Shown here: positions 1 to 11,989 of the stretch, piece after piece
How positions within the stretch are numbered: the first letter of the stretch is position 1
How the letters are laid out: every line of letters starts with the position of its first letter
Translations under genes and position numbers: made by a program
DNA from: Heptranchias perlo
Lineage: Eukaryota
Direction: 5' to 3'
Assembly: GCF_035084215.1 (NCBI RefSeq)
Contig: NC_090326.1
Location: forward strand, 25,358,001 to 25,422,000
DNA length: 64,000 nt
The notes under the pieces: generated by a model
Told to the model about the DNA's origin: nothing
What the model saw: the letters and a program-made list of their open reading frames with translations, nothing else
The model's database searches: none

Positions 1-719
1 AACACAACAGCTTCAGCCTTCCCGACTGACAAATTAAACACGTCAGGGCAATCTGAATGAACGATGGCTGTTGGCAGCTTGGCGTGTTCTTCAGTGCAGG
101 AGATCTGATTGAGCATAGCACAGACCAATCTGCTCCTAATGTGCATAGTACACTGGGAATTCAGTTGCTGAGCATAAATGTGGCGTGCACAAGTTTGCTG
201 CAGAACAAGTTCAGTTTGTGGGCTGTTTGGCTGCTGTTGGGCAGATTGAATCCAACATATGATTTTTTAAAAAAAAATTTAGATGTTTATTGTTGACAAA
301 TGTAATCAAATCCAATGGAACATTGGCATATTTAAGCAGGATGCACTTAGAGCCAATCTTGAAAACAACAAAGCAATGATAGTGTTGGTGAAGTTGAGAA
401 GAAATTCACAAAGACCAACATTGTGACTTTGGGGTTAAACTCCAGTGGGAGAAACTAGAATCTGTGTAAAATATTTCCTTTTCATATTTAAAATATCTGT
501 AAGTAAAATGATTTTTGGCTTGAAAGGTTAAATTATAGATGATCCAAAATATTGGAAAACACACCAAATAACCTGTCAAATATCATTTTTCTGGGACAGC
601 AGGCCATCCAATACCCTCACGAAAAATAATCTCACACCTCCAACCCATGTCCTCCTTCGGGGGACTCATGTACTTCAGTTTTTTCTCCTGCCATACAAAT
701 AATGTAAAGTTGGACACAG

Positions 720-836
720 TTCTGCATTGGAGTGTCAGCCTAGATTTTGCGCTCAGGTCTCTGGAGTGGGGGCTTGAACCCACAACCTTCTGACTCAGGA
801 GGCAAGAGTGCAACCACTGAGCCATGGTTAACACCA
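720..836 (-). mobile_element. tRNA-derived head of a DeuSINE (SacSINE1/AmnSINE1-like)
   Basis: Reverse complement has A box TGGCTCAGTGG and B box GGTTCAAGCCC; same head as the full copy at 58760. Confidence 0.75.
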
Positions 837-1019
837 ACCCACTACACGGAGTGTAACTACAAGTTCCAGGCCTACATTCAGAGATGTTTCTGAACTGTAA
901 TCATTTTTGGTGGGATGTGTTAGTTTTGGCTAAGTTTCCTAGGCTGGCATCTGTAAATCTACAAACTTTGACTGCTGAATAAATGGAACAAGAGCAATAT
1001 TTTCCACCAATGAAGCAGA

Positions 1020-1290
1020 GTTACATTCAAAGGTGACATGAGGAAAAACTTTTTTTTTAAAAACACAGCGAGTGGTCATGATCTGGAATGCACTGCCAAA
1101 GGGGTGATGGAGGCAGATTCGATCATGGCCTTCAAAAGGGAACCGGATAAATACTTGAAAGGAAAAAAATTGTAGGGCTACTGGGATAGGGCGGGGGAGT
1201 GGGACTAACTGGATTGCTCTTGCATGGAGCTGGCGCGGACACGATGGGCCGAATGGCCTCCTTGCTTGCTGTAATCTATGATTCTATGAA
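1020..1290 (+). mobile_element. CR1 LINE 3' fragment
   Basis: TGGAATGCACTGCC (WNALP) region, 3' stem GATGGGCCGAATGGCC and TCTATGATTCTATGA tail. Confidence 0.8.
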
Positions 1291-1769
1291 ATAGTAACAG
1301 GCCCACAGCAGCCTGGTTCAAGGAAGGATTCCACCATTACTTGCGAATAGCAAAAAAAAAACCCAAAAATACATGGAAGATCATCGAGAATAAATGAAGA
1401 TTGAGACTGGAGAATCCCAGTGCTGAATACTAAACAAGCTTAAAGAAGCTGAATGTGCTGTTTTAGGCTATACAAGAGTTGGAGAGTATCATAATACCAA
1501 GCTGTCAAATTTTCTTGGTGATTTTCCTTTATTTCAGTCAGAACACAAGTATGGAAATCTTCCAATGCTCAATCAAAATAATCTCAAAACTGTGCTACAA
1601 TCCATCTGAAAAAACTAAGGACAAGGGGGACATAGGCTCTAACTTGTAAAAGACAAAATTTAGGACTGATCTCAGGAAATTTTTCCAGTTCTCAACACCT
1701 GGACTGGGTTTCTACATAGGTTAGTAGAGGCAAAATTAGTGGGGGGAGGAGCGGCGTGGGAGAGACACA

Positions 1770-2020
1770 ATTGGCAAAAGAACCAGAGGGGAGATTAGAA
1801 ATGTTTTTACGCAGCGAGTTATGATGATCTACAGTTTACTGCTTTCAATGGAAGCAGATTCGATGGTAACTTTCAAAAAGGAATTGGATAAATACTTGAA
1901 AAGGAAACATTTGCAGGGCTATGGGGAAAGAGTAGGGGAATGGGTCTAATTGGATAGCTCTTCCAAAGAGCCGGCACAGGCACGATGGGCCAAATGGCCT
2001 CCTTCTGTGCTGAGATATTC
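1770..2020 (+). mobile_element. CR1 LINE 3' fragment
   Basis: Same 3' end as the copies at 1020 and 12710 (GATGGGCCAAATGGCCTCCTTCTGTGCTG). Confidence 0.75.
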
Positions 2021-2767
2021 TGCAGGAGAAGGGAAAGCTGTAGGGTCTTTGAGGATGGATGAGCTAAATGGCCTTTATGTGTATCTATCTTGTGAATGAA
2101 GAAGTAACCAGTAATTAAACTGCAGTTATAAAGAATGTCTCAAAGTGCTGCCTTAAGGGACCGATGTTGACCCTCAGTGACTGAATATTTGCTCACCTTA
2201 ACTTGAAAGGAGTGCTACAGTTATCATGATTTGAGAATTAAAAGATAGAATTTTTGTACCCAATTTTTGACAGCCATATTTATGACATAAATGATTTCAA
2301 TTTTAGATAGTGGCCAATGCAGGGCACAGCAGCTTTGTACATCTCTAAATAACCCCTGCAAACATTGCTTTTAAAACAGTAAGCTCAGCGCAATTACCGT
2401 GGGTGATTTACTGCCATAATACTCCAAGGTTAATGCAGCAGTAACGGGCAGTTCAAGTTAACTAAAAATCTTAACCCCGTATTGGCTGACAAATTTGTTG
2501 TTCTGATTCCCCCCTGTGACCAAATAGGATGCCAATGCATGAAGAGTAGTCAGTAGAGAGAAGTACAGGAGGGTGGTTGGGAATCGATGGTGACCAAAGC
2601 CAGCACCATGTCTCAACGTTCTCAGGATAGATGGGGAAGGAGTTGTACAGTCCCAACTTGCTGCTGCACCACGGCCCTCATTCCTCGTGAGAAATTATTC
2701 CGACAGAAATTACGCACAGAAGGTATTAATTCTTTTGCTACGAGGGCTGTGCTGTGCTGTGCTTTAC

Positions 2768-2894
2768 CTTTCAAGGTTTCCTGCAGAGTGTCTGTAAACA
2801 GTGAGACTTTATGGCCATCGGCGTGAGTTTTCTCTCCCGCAGGAACTGCTACTTTCAGATGGATATTTACCAGGGTAACATTGATTGTTCCAAC
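2768..2894 (-). CDS. EEPD1: EEPD1 internal coding exon (127 nt, phase 0-1)
   Basis: gtttctctgcag|...G|gtaaag; encodes VGTINVTLVNIHLKVAVPAGEKTHADGHKVSLFTDTLQETLK(G), matching recalled human VGSHDLTLVNLHL...HSDGHRLASFAQTLQETLKG. Confidence 0.93.
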
Positions 2895-2960
2895 CTGCAG
2901 AGAAACACACACAAGTAACAGCCTCGGAACTGGACCACCTACAAGGAAGCACTGAACGAG

Positions 2961-3203
2961 TAGGTTTACCAACCCTCCTGGAGTCTCCAGGAATTAGAGA
3001 TTAATCCCCAGGGCACTGCTGCGAGCAATCCGGGAGAAAAATCAAAGGGGCATTTAAAAACAAATTGTGTGTTTTTTCCATTTACCTTGAACACTTTTGT
3101 TCAATAGTTATAGAAATATTGGAGATGGGGAAAAGGGCTGTTTGATTGGGCGGGGAAAATGGCAGCGGAACCTGCAGGATTACATCCAGAGTTGGCAACC
3201 CTA
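2961..3203. mobile_element. Non-autonomous hAT-like (Tip100-type) MITE
   Basis: Imperfect TIRs TAGGTTTACCAACCC / GAGTTGGCAACCCTA (12/15); flanking 8-mers TGAACGAG / TGAAGGGC may be a decayed TSD. Confidence 0.5.
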
Positions 3204-3859
3204 TGAAGGGCCGGACGAAAACAAATGCTGAAAATGGGTCATCTCTATAAACATTTCTGTATAAGGAGATTATAGCAAGACAAATCCAATGCGTAATACC
3301 AAAAGAATTTACTGCAATTTGCAAAATAAATTTATATTCAAGCACACAAAACCACAAAAAAATAAACTTTATGTGGACTCGCATTTTCCTTCTGCCCATG
3401 ACTTTCAATTAAAAAGCCATGGCTCAGTGGTAAATGTCCGTACTTTTTCTCCCCCAAATCCTGTAAAGCTATTAAATTAGGATCAAAACGGTTCCACTCA
3501 CTACAAGCCGTTACAAGAGAAACTTTACCTATTCAGTAATCAGTTGATCATAAGTTACTACTGGCAAGGGGGGCAGGGTGGAAATCATCCCATGGTCGGG
3601 CTTACTACCACAGCATTGCCAATTTTTCAGGCAATGGCAAGTACAGATTGGAAGCCATTTTTTCCTCCCACCCAACTCCCCACCTCAGTTTCCCCAGTGG
3701 CCCTGACGCCACAAACAAATGGCCACTCCGAGTGAGCGAGCCAAGGTGGCTAGTGTTAGCAGTCTATTGGGCGATGGAATCTGGGACTTCATCGTGTGTG
3801 GCACAGACCAAAAGCAGGCAGTGCATTTACTTACCATGCCAATTGGAGAACCATCGGAT

Positions 3860-4330
3860 ACATAGAATCTTACAGCACAGAAACAGGCCATTCAGCCCAA
3901 ATGGTCTATGCCGGTGTTGATGCTCCACACAAACATCCTCCCACCCTACTTCCTCTAACCCTACCAGCATATCCTTCCATTCTTTTCTCCTTCATGTACT
4001 TATCTAGTTTCCCCTTAAATGCATTTCTGCTATTTGCCTCAACTACTCCATGTGGTAGCGAGTTCCACATTCGAACCACTCTCTGGGTAAATAATTTTAT
4101 CCTGAATTCCTTATTGGATTTATTAGTGACTATCTTATATTTATGACTAGTTCTGGTCTCCCCCACAAGTGGAAACATTTTCTCCAAGTCTACCCTATCA
4201 AACTTTTTCATAATTTTAAAGGCCTCCATCAGGTCGCCTCTCCGCCTTCTTTTTTTCTAGAGAAAAGAGCCCCAGCCTGTTCATTCTTTCCTGATAGGTC
4301 TAACCTCTCAGTTCTGGTATCATCCTTGAC
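3860..4330 (-). mobile_element. CR1 LINE 3' fragment
   Basis: ORF 3906-4229 FKIMKKFDRVD...FTQRVVRMWNSLP...FKGKLDKYM is the CR1 ORF2 C-terminus. Confidence 0.85.
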
Positions 4331-4758
4331 TATCCCTTTTGTAACATGGAAACCAGAACGGTGTACAGAATACAATTTTCCCATTTTAAAGCTGCCCCCC
4401 AACCGCTCCGCATTTCAATGTCTACAGCCCTCTATTGGGTTTATATGGGACACTGTCACGTAGTTCTCTGTAGCATCGAAGTCTTAGCTCTTCCCAGTAC
4501 GTTCATAACACAACCCTTATTCATACCAGATTCCTACGGTCTCTCCTTGATTTACTATATACCTAGTATATTTCTTATTTCTTCTCACGGATGGCCAATG
4601 AGATAATGTCGCCGTTATACCAAGCCTGACCTTGCAGAGCCACCACAACCACTGCACAATCAATCCTCAATATATGGACATGCATTCCACATCAACAAAA
4701 GCCCACCATAGCCATTCCACCTGGCACACCGACACTCGCACCCTCCTCCACCAATACA

Positions 4759-4876
4759 ACCACACGGACTGCAGCGGCTCAAGGCGGTGGCTCACCACCA
4801 CCTTCTCAAGGGCAATTAGGGATGGGCAATAAATGCTGGCCTCGCCAGCCCACATCCAATGAACAAATAAAAAAAA
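4759..4876 (+). mobile_element. 3' tail of a second LINE family (CR1/L2 group; 'family B')
   Basis: CACACGGACTGCAGCGG...AAGGGCAATTAGGGATGGGCAATAAATGCTGGCC followed by an A-rich end. Confidence 0.8.
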
Positions 4877-5210
4877 CTCTAATCATTCCAAGGGGAAAAT
4901 TTTCTTTTAAAACAGATTTCATTTTATGGGACACGTTTTTTTGGCACCAAATAGGAGTGGACATCAATTACCACTTATCCTGGGGGAGAGTGTGTAAGCA
5001 TAGGTATACCAGATAGAATAGCCTCAGCAAGCTCTTGTCAATTTAAAATATATATCCACATATTGAAGACTGATTCTTCAGTGGTTGCAATAGCCATATT
5101 AGATCAGGCCCGGAATGTAGCAAACATTATCTCATTAACCGTCCATGAGAAGAGATAAGAAATATAGTAGGTATATAGTAAATCAGTCAAGGTCAGTAGG
5201 GAGTAATCTG

Positions 5211-7524
5211 GTTGGGGTAATTTTCGGATTTGGGACTGCCGACAGGGAGCCTCATCTGCCAGCAGCACACATCGGAAATTCGGGTGTGCAGCGCACGATT
5301 TTACAGCTGTTAATTACAAGAGTCAGAATATTAAGCACAGTAAATACCCAGATTGCAGACACGTGCTTTTTTTTTATTCGTTCACGGGATGTGGGCGTCG
5401 CTGGCGAGGCCAGCATTTGTTGCCCATCCCTAATTGCCCTTGAGAAGGTGGTGGTGAGCCGCCGCCTTGAACCGCTGCAGTCCGTGTGGTGACGGTTCTC
5501 CCACAGTGCTGTTAGGAAGGGAGTTCCAGGATTTTGACCCAGCGACAATGAAGGAACGGTGACATATTTCCAAGTCGGGATGGTGTGTGACTTGGAGGGG
5601 AACGTGCAGGTGGTGGTGTTCCCATGTGCCTGCTGCTCTTGTCCTTCTAGGTGGTAGAGGTCGCGGGTTTGGGAGGTGCTGTCGAAGAAGCCTTGGTGAG
5701 TTGCTGCAGTGCATCCTGTGGATGGTACACACTGCAGCCACAGTGCGCCGGTGGTGAAGGGAGTGAATGTTTAGGGTGGTGGATGGGGTGCCAATCAAGC
5801 GGGCTGCTTTATCTTGGATGGTGTCGAGCTTCTTGAGTGTTGTTGGAGCTGCACTCATCCAGGCAAGTGGAGAGCATTCCATCACACTCCTGACTTGTGC
5901 CTTGTAGATGGTGGAAAGGCTTTGGGGAGTCAGGAAGTGAGTCACTCGGCGCAGAATACCCAGCCTCTGACCTGCTCTCGTAGCCACAGTATTTATGTGG
6001 CTGGTCCAGTTAAGTTTCTGGTCAATGGTGACCCCCAGGATGTTGATGGTGGGGGATTCGGTATTGGTAATGCCGTTGAATGTCAAGGGGAGGTGGTTAG
6101 ACACTCTCTTGTTGGAGATGGTCATTGCCTGGCACTTATCTGGCGCGAATGTTACTTGCCACTTATGAGCCCAAGCCTGGATGTTGTCCAGGTCTTGCTG
6201 CATGCGGGCTCGGACCGCTTCATTATTTGAGGGGTTGCGAATGGATGTGGCAGGACTGCAGTGCTTTGATCTGATCCGTTGGTTGTGGAATCGCTTAGCT
6301 CTGTCTATAGCATGTTGCTTCCGCTGTTTAGCATGCATGTAGTCCTGAGTTGCAGCTTCACCAGGTTGGCACCTCATTTTTAGGTACGCCTGGTGCTGCT
6401 CCTGGCATGCTCTTCTACACTCCTGATTGAACCAGGGTTGATCCCCTGGCTTGTTGGTAATGGTAGAGTGAGGAATATGCTGGGCCATGAGGTTACAGAT
6501 TGTGCTGGAATACAATTCTGCTGCTGCTGATGGCCCACAGCACCTCATGGATGCCCAGTTTTGAGCTGCTAGATCTGTTCTGAATCTATCCCATTTAGCA
6601 CGGTGGTAGTGCCACACAACACGTTGGATGGTGTCCTCAGTGCGAAGACGGGACTTCATCTCCACGAGGACTGTGCGGTGGTCACTCCTACCAATACTGT
6701 CATGGACAGATGCATTTGCGACAGGTAGATTGGTGAGGACTAAGTCAAGTAAGTTTTTCCCTCGTGTTGGTTCGCTCACCACCTGCCGCAGGCCCAGTCT
6801 GGCAGCTATGTCCTTCAGGACTCGGCCAGCTCGGTCAGTTGTGGTGCTACCGAGCCACTCTTGGTGATGGACATTGAAGTCCCCCACCCAGAGTACATTT
6901 TGTGCCCTTGCTACCCTCAGTGCTTCCTCCAAGTGGTGCTCAACATGGAGGAGGACTGATTCATCAGCTGAGGGAGGACGGTAGGTGGTAATCAGCAGGA
7001 GGTTTCCTTGCCCATGTATGACCTGATGCCATAAGATTTCATGGGGTCCAGAGTCAATGTTGAGGACTCCCAGGGCCACTCCCTCCTGAATGTATATCAC
7101 TGTCCCGCCACCTCTGGTGGGTCTGTCCTGCCGGTGGGACAGGACATACCCAGGGATGGTGATGGAAGAGTCTGGGACGTTGGCTGAAAGGTATGATTCT
7201 GAGAGTGTGGCTATGTCAGGCTGTTGCTTGACTAGTCTGTGGGACAGCTCTCCCAATTTTGGCACAAGTCCCCAGATGTTAGTAAGGAGGACCTTGCAGG
7301 GTTGACTGGGTTTGGTGTTTTGCCGTTGTCGTGTCCGGTGCCTAGTGGTCCGATGCCAGGTGGTCCGTCTGGTTTTATTCTTATTATGACTTTTCGTAGC
7401 GAGATTTTACAACTGAGTGGCTTGCTAGGTCATTTCAGAGGGCAATTAAGAATCAACCACATTGCTGCCAGGTAACAGGGTTCCACCCTCCCCCGCAGGC
7501 ACTGCTAAGTCAGAAAAGTACCCA
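5211..7524. mobile_element. Probable Harbinger-type MITE interrupted by the family B LINE
   Basis: TTGGGGTAATTTTC at 5211 and GAAAAGTACCCAAA at about 7513 are 12/14 inverted; the LINE at 5367-7466 lies between them. Confidence 0.4.
5367..7466 (-). mobile_element. Family B LINE with intact APE endonuclease and in-frame deletion of the RT core (611-aa ORF 5430-7265)
   Basis: APE motifs TNIWG, LSES, YRPP, GDFN, LDLVL and SDH are fused at SPATS|IRNP to the RT C-terminal region (ILGVTIDQKLNW, IYKAQVRSVME). No FADD motif; poly(A) at 5367-5375. Confidence 0.92.
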
Positions 7525-7717
7525 AAATATTCTCTACATGAACTATCTGCCATTCTATTTCATGTGGGCACTCGGTGGAGGAGGAGATTATCGGGTGAAA
7601 CCCATACTGCTCACATGTGGACTTTCTACCCTGCCCCTAATTGTTCAAGAGGTCAATATAATCAATAAGAGCTCCACTGGAGCAGGGATGTTGAACAGGC
7701 AAGGAGGAAGCATTCAC

Positions 7718-7852
7718 CTTGAAACGAGCAAGATAAGGCTTGGAGACACAGGGTTTCCCATTCCCGTTGGTTTGTGTGTTCTCCAGAAGGATGGCAGTTT
7801 TCATTTCTACTCCGGCATTGCTGTCCCAAAGGTAACCAGCATACTCTGCTCT
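7718..7852 (-). CDS. EEPD1: EEPD1 internal coding exon (135 nt, phase 0-0)
   Basis: tttcttcttag|...|gtgaat; encodes RAEYAGYLWDSNAGVEMKTAILLENTQTNGNGKPCVSKPYLARFK, matching recalled human GAGYAGFLWD...GMEL...PYLGRFK. Not in the ORF track in this frame. Confidence 0.93.
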
Positions 7853-8059
7853 CTAAGAAGAAACAAAACTGGAGTTCAAAGACTGAGAAATTTGCACATC
7901 TCATGAGACAAATATCAGTGTACATCTAATTTAAAAGCTTTTCTGCCCCCCCCCCCCCCACTCTGTTCTCTGAACTCATGCTGAGTGCAGTTCTACAGGC
8001 CTCTTCCATTGCCTCACCCAAGTGAGGCAATGTTTGCATCTGGAATGAGTGAACGAAAA

Positions 8060-8346
8060 AAACTTGTATTTATATAGCGCCTTTCATGACCTCAGGATGT
8101 CCCAAACTGCCTTATAGCCAATAAAGCACTTTTGAAGTGTAGTCACTGTTGTAATGTAGGAAACGCAGCAGCCGATTTGCGCACAGAAAGGTCCCACAAA
8201 GAGTAATGTGATAATAACCATGTAATCGTTTTAGTGATGTTGGTTAAACGATGAATGTTGGCCAGGACACAGAATAATTCCCCTGCTTTTCTTTGAAATA
8301 GTGCCATGAGATCTTTTACATCCACCTGAGAAGCCAAACAAGGTCT
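8060..8346 (-). mobile_element. DeuSINE 3' part
   Basis: Reverse complement of the SINE body and its L2-like tail (GGCGCTATATAAATACAAG). Confidence 0.8.
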
Positions 8347-8469
8347 CATGTCAATGCTTCACAGCGAAGTTAGATCTTGCCCTTTACCCAAAAACCCTAT
8401 GTGTGCAGCGTTTACCGGATAGCTATCAGGAGCAGAAAACCTGTCTCTTTTTTCTTCTTCTCTCTGCCC

Positions 8470-9990
8470 TAGACCTGATGGCCGACATCCTAGGGTTTTA
8501 GAAGATAGTGGATGCATTGATATTGATTTTCCAGAATTCCCTAGATTCTAGAACTATCTCCGTGGATTGGAAGGTAACAAATGTAACCTCGCTATTCAAG
8601 AAAGGAGGGAGAGAGAAAGCAAGGAACTACAGGCCAGTTAGCCTGACATCAGTAGTAGGGAAAATGCTAGAATCTACTTTTAGGGTTGTTGTAACAGGGC
8701 ACTTAGAAAATCATAATATAATTAGGCAGAGTCAACACAGTTTTATGAAAGGGAAATTGTGTCTGAAATCTGTTAGTTTTTTTTGAGGGTGTAACTAGCA
8801 GGGTAGATAAAGGGGAACTAGTGCATGTAGTATATTTGGATTTTCAAAAGGCATTTGATAAGGTGCCACAAAGAAGGTTGTTACACAAGATAAGGGCTCA
8901 TGGCATTGGGGTGATATATTAGCGAGGATAGAGAATTGGTTAACGGACAGAAAACAGTAGGAATAAATAGGTCATTTTTGGGTTGGCAGGTTGTAACCAG
9001 AGGGGTGCCGCAAAGATCAGTGTTTGGGCCTCAGCTGTTTACAATCTATATCAATGACTTAGAAGAGGGGAGAGAATATAACGTATCCAAGTTTGCTGAT
9101 GATACAAAGCGAGGTGGGAAAGTAAGCTGTGAGGAGGACGCAAAGAGACTGCAAAGGGATATAGACAGGTTAAGCGAGTGGGCGAAAAGGTGGCAGATGG
9201 AGTATAATGTGGGGAAATGTGAAATTATCCACTTTGGTAGGAAGAATAGAAAAGCAGAATATTTTTTAAAAGGTGAGACACTAAGAAGTGTTGGCAGTCA
9301 GAGGGATTTGGGTGCCCTTGTACTCAAATCAAAGTTACCATGCAAGTACAGCAAGCAATTAGAAAGGCAATTGCTATGATAGCCTTTGTCGCAAGGGGGT
9401 TGGAGTATAAGAGTAAGGAGATCTTGCTGCAATTATATAGGGTTCTGGTGAGACCACACCAGGAGTACTATGTACAGTTTTGGTCCCCTTACCTAAGGAA
9501 GGATATACTTGTCTTAAAGGGGGTGCAACGAAGTTTCACTAGATTGATTCCTGAATGAGAGGGTTGTCCTATGAGGAGAGATTGAGTAGAATGGGCCTAT
9601 GCTCTCTGAAGTTTAGAAGAATGAGAGGTGATCTCATTGAAACAAGATTATTAGGGGGCTTGACAGTGCAGATGCTGAGAGATTGTTTCCCCTGGCTGGA
9701 GAGTCTAGAACTAGGGGGTCATAGTCTCAAGGTAAGGGGTCATACATTTAGGACTGAGAGGAGGAAAAATTTCTTCACACGGAGGGTTGTGAATCTTTGG
9801 CATTCTCTACCCCAGAGTGCTGTGATTCAATCGTTGAGTATATTGAAGGCTGAGATCGATAGGGAATTAAGGGATATGAGGATAGGGCGGAAAAGTGGAG
9901 TGGAGGTAGAAGATCAGCCATTATCTTATTGAATGGCGGAGCAGGCTCACGGATCCGCATGGCCCGCCCCTGCTCCTATTTCTTATGTTC
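8470..9990 (+). mobile_element. CR1 LINE, 5'-truncated, frameshifted RT
   Basis: NYRPVSLTS, GVPQRSVFGP, KFADDTK, VRPHQEYYVQFWSP, WHSLP; tail CCTATTTCTTATGTTC. Confidence 0.92.
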
Positions 9991-10119
9991 TGATATGTCG
10001 CAACCCCTGCTATCTCCCTGTCCAAGGTCAGCAAACTCAGTGCTCAGGGATTGAGCCAGAACCTTCTGAAATGTACTACCAAGCAGGGCAGTCGATTTAC
10101 CCACATGTATTTTGAAACA

Positions 10120-10453
10120 ACCAACCACTGGCGCACAGTGGCTGCAGTGTGTACTACCTACAGGATGCATTGCTGCAAGTTGCCAAGGTTTTTTCGACAG
10201 CACCTCTTAAACTTGCAAACCTCCACCACCTAGGAGGACAATGATATCAGATGCATGGGGACATCATCCCCTGCAAGCTCTCCTCCAAGTCACACACCAT
10301 CCTGACTTGGACACATATTGCAGTTCGTTCATCGTCGCTGGTTAAAATCTTGGAACTCCCTACCTAACAGCATTGTGGGAGTACCTTCACCAAACGGACC
10401 TTGTTTCAGCTCACCACCACCGTCTCAAGGATAACTAGGGATGGGCAATAAAT
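10120..10453 (+). mobile_element. Family B LINE 3' fragment; its tail resumes at about 11990-12047
   Basis: RTVAAVCT..RMHC motif; stops at GGGCAATAAAT and resumes after the antisense copy with GTTGGTCTGCCTTGCCAATGATGCCCATATCC. Confidence 0.8.
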
Positions 10454-11989
10454 TTTTTTTTATTCATTCATGGGATGTGGGCATCGCTGGCAAGGTCAGC
10501 ATTTATTGCCCATCCCTAATTGCCCTTGAGAAGGTGGTGGTGAGCCGCCTTCTTGAACCGCTGCAGTCCGTGTGGTGATGGTTCTCCCACAGTGCTGTTA
10601 GGTCAGGAGTTCCTGGATTTTGACCAAGCGACGATGAAGGAACGGCGATATATTTCCAAGTCGGGATGGTGTGTGACTTGGAGGGGAACGTGCAGGTGGT
10701 GTTGTTCCCATGTACCTGCTGCCCTTGTTCTTCTAGGTGGTAGAGGTCGCGGGTTTGGGAGGTGCTGTCGAAGAAGCCTTGGCGAGTTGCTGCAGTGCAT
10801 CCTGTGGATGGTACACACTGCAGCCACGGTGCGCCGGTGGTGAAGGGAGTGAACGTTTAGGGTGGTGGGTGGGGTGCCAATCAAGCGGATTGCTTTGTCC
10901 TGGATGGTGTCGAGCTTCTTGAGTGTTGTTGGAGCTGCACTCATCCAGGCAAGTGGAGAGTATTCCATCACACTCCTGACTTGTGCTTTGTAGATGGTGG
11001 AAAGGCTTTGGGGAGTCAGGACGTGAGTCACTCGCCGCAGAATACCCAGCCTCTTACCTGCTCTAGTAGCCACAGTATGTGTGTGGCTGGTCCAGTTAAG
11101 TTTCTGGTCAATGGTGACCCCCAGGATGTTGATTGTGGGGGATTCGGCGATGGTAATGTCAAGGGGAGGTGGTTAGACTCAATCTTGTTGGAAATGGTCA
11201 TTGCCTGGCACTTGTCTGGTGCAAATGTTACTTGCCACTTATCAGCCCAAGCCTGGATGTTGTCCAGGTCTTGCTGCATGCGGGCTCAGACTGCTTCATT
11301 ATTTGAGGGGTTGCGAATGGAACTGAACACTGTGCAATCATCAGTGAACATCCCCATTTCTGACCTTATGATGGAGGGAAGGTCATTGATGAAGCAGCTG
11401 AAGATGGATGGGCCTAGGACACTGCCCTGAGGAACTCCTGCAGCAATGTCCTGGGGCTGAGATGATTGGCCTCCAACAACCACTACCTAGCACAAAGGAA
11501 GATGGTAGAGTCCAGCCACGGGAGAGTTTTCCACCTGATTCCCATGGACTTCAATTTTACTCGGGCTCCTTGGTGCCACACTCGGTCAAATGCTGCCTTG
11601 CTGTCAAGGGCAATTACTCTCACCTCTGGAATTCAGCTCTTTTGTCCATGTTTGGACCAAGGCTGTAATGAGGTCTGGAGCCGAGTGGCCCTGGCGGAAC
11701 CCAAACTGAGCATCGGTGAGCAGGTTATTGGTGAGTAAGTGCCGCATGATAGCACTGTCGATGACACCTTCCATCACTTTGCGGATGATCGAGAGTAGAC
11801 TGATGGGGCGGTATTTGGCCAGATTGGATTCGTCCGGCTTTTTGTGGACATAACTGGGCAATTTTCCACATTGTCGGGTAGATGCCAGCATTTAGCCAAA
11901 CTGTTTCAGTACAGTTACGAGGCGCGGCTCGTTCTGGAGCACAAGTCATCAGCATTATAGCTGGGATATTGTCGGGGCCCATAGCCTTT
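10454..11989 (-). mobile_element. Family B LINE, 5'-truncated RT region
   Basis: GPDNIP, YRPISLLS, QFGFR, GVPQGSVLGP, FTDD, IYKAQVRSVMEYSPLAW; poly(A) at 10454-10461. Confidence 0.92.

Noticed and set aside
1-2767. Next EEPD1 exon (expected to contain ILGDF and DNIW motifs)
   Set aside because: I could not find these motifs on the minus strand by eye; the exon is probably beyond the window start.
6235-6250. RT deletion as a spliced-out GT-AG intron
   Set aside because: Splicing at the nearby GT and AG would give ACATCCATTCCATTCGC, but the sequence reads ACATCCATTCGC, which fits TCCA microhomology instead.
5430-7265. 611-aa ORF as a host gene or as part of EEPD1 (both are EEP-fold)
   Set aside because: It has a poly(A) tail, LINE RT C-terminal motifs and several homologous fragments in the window, so it is a retroelement.
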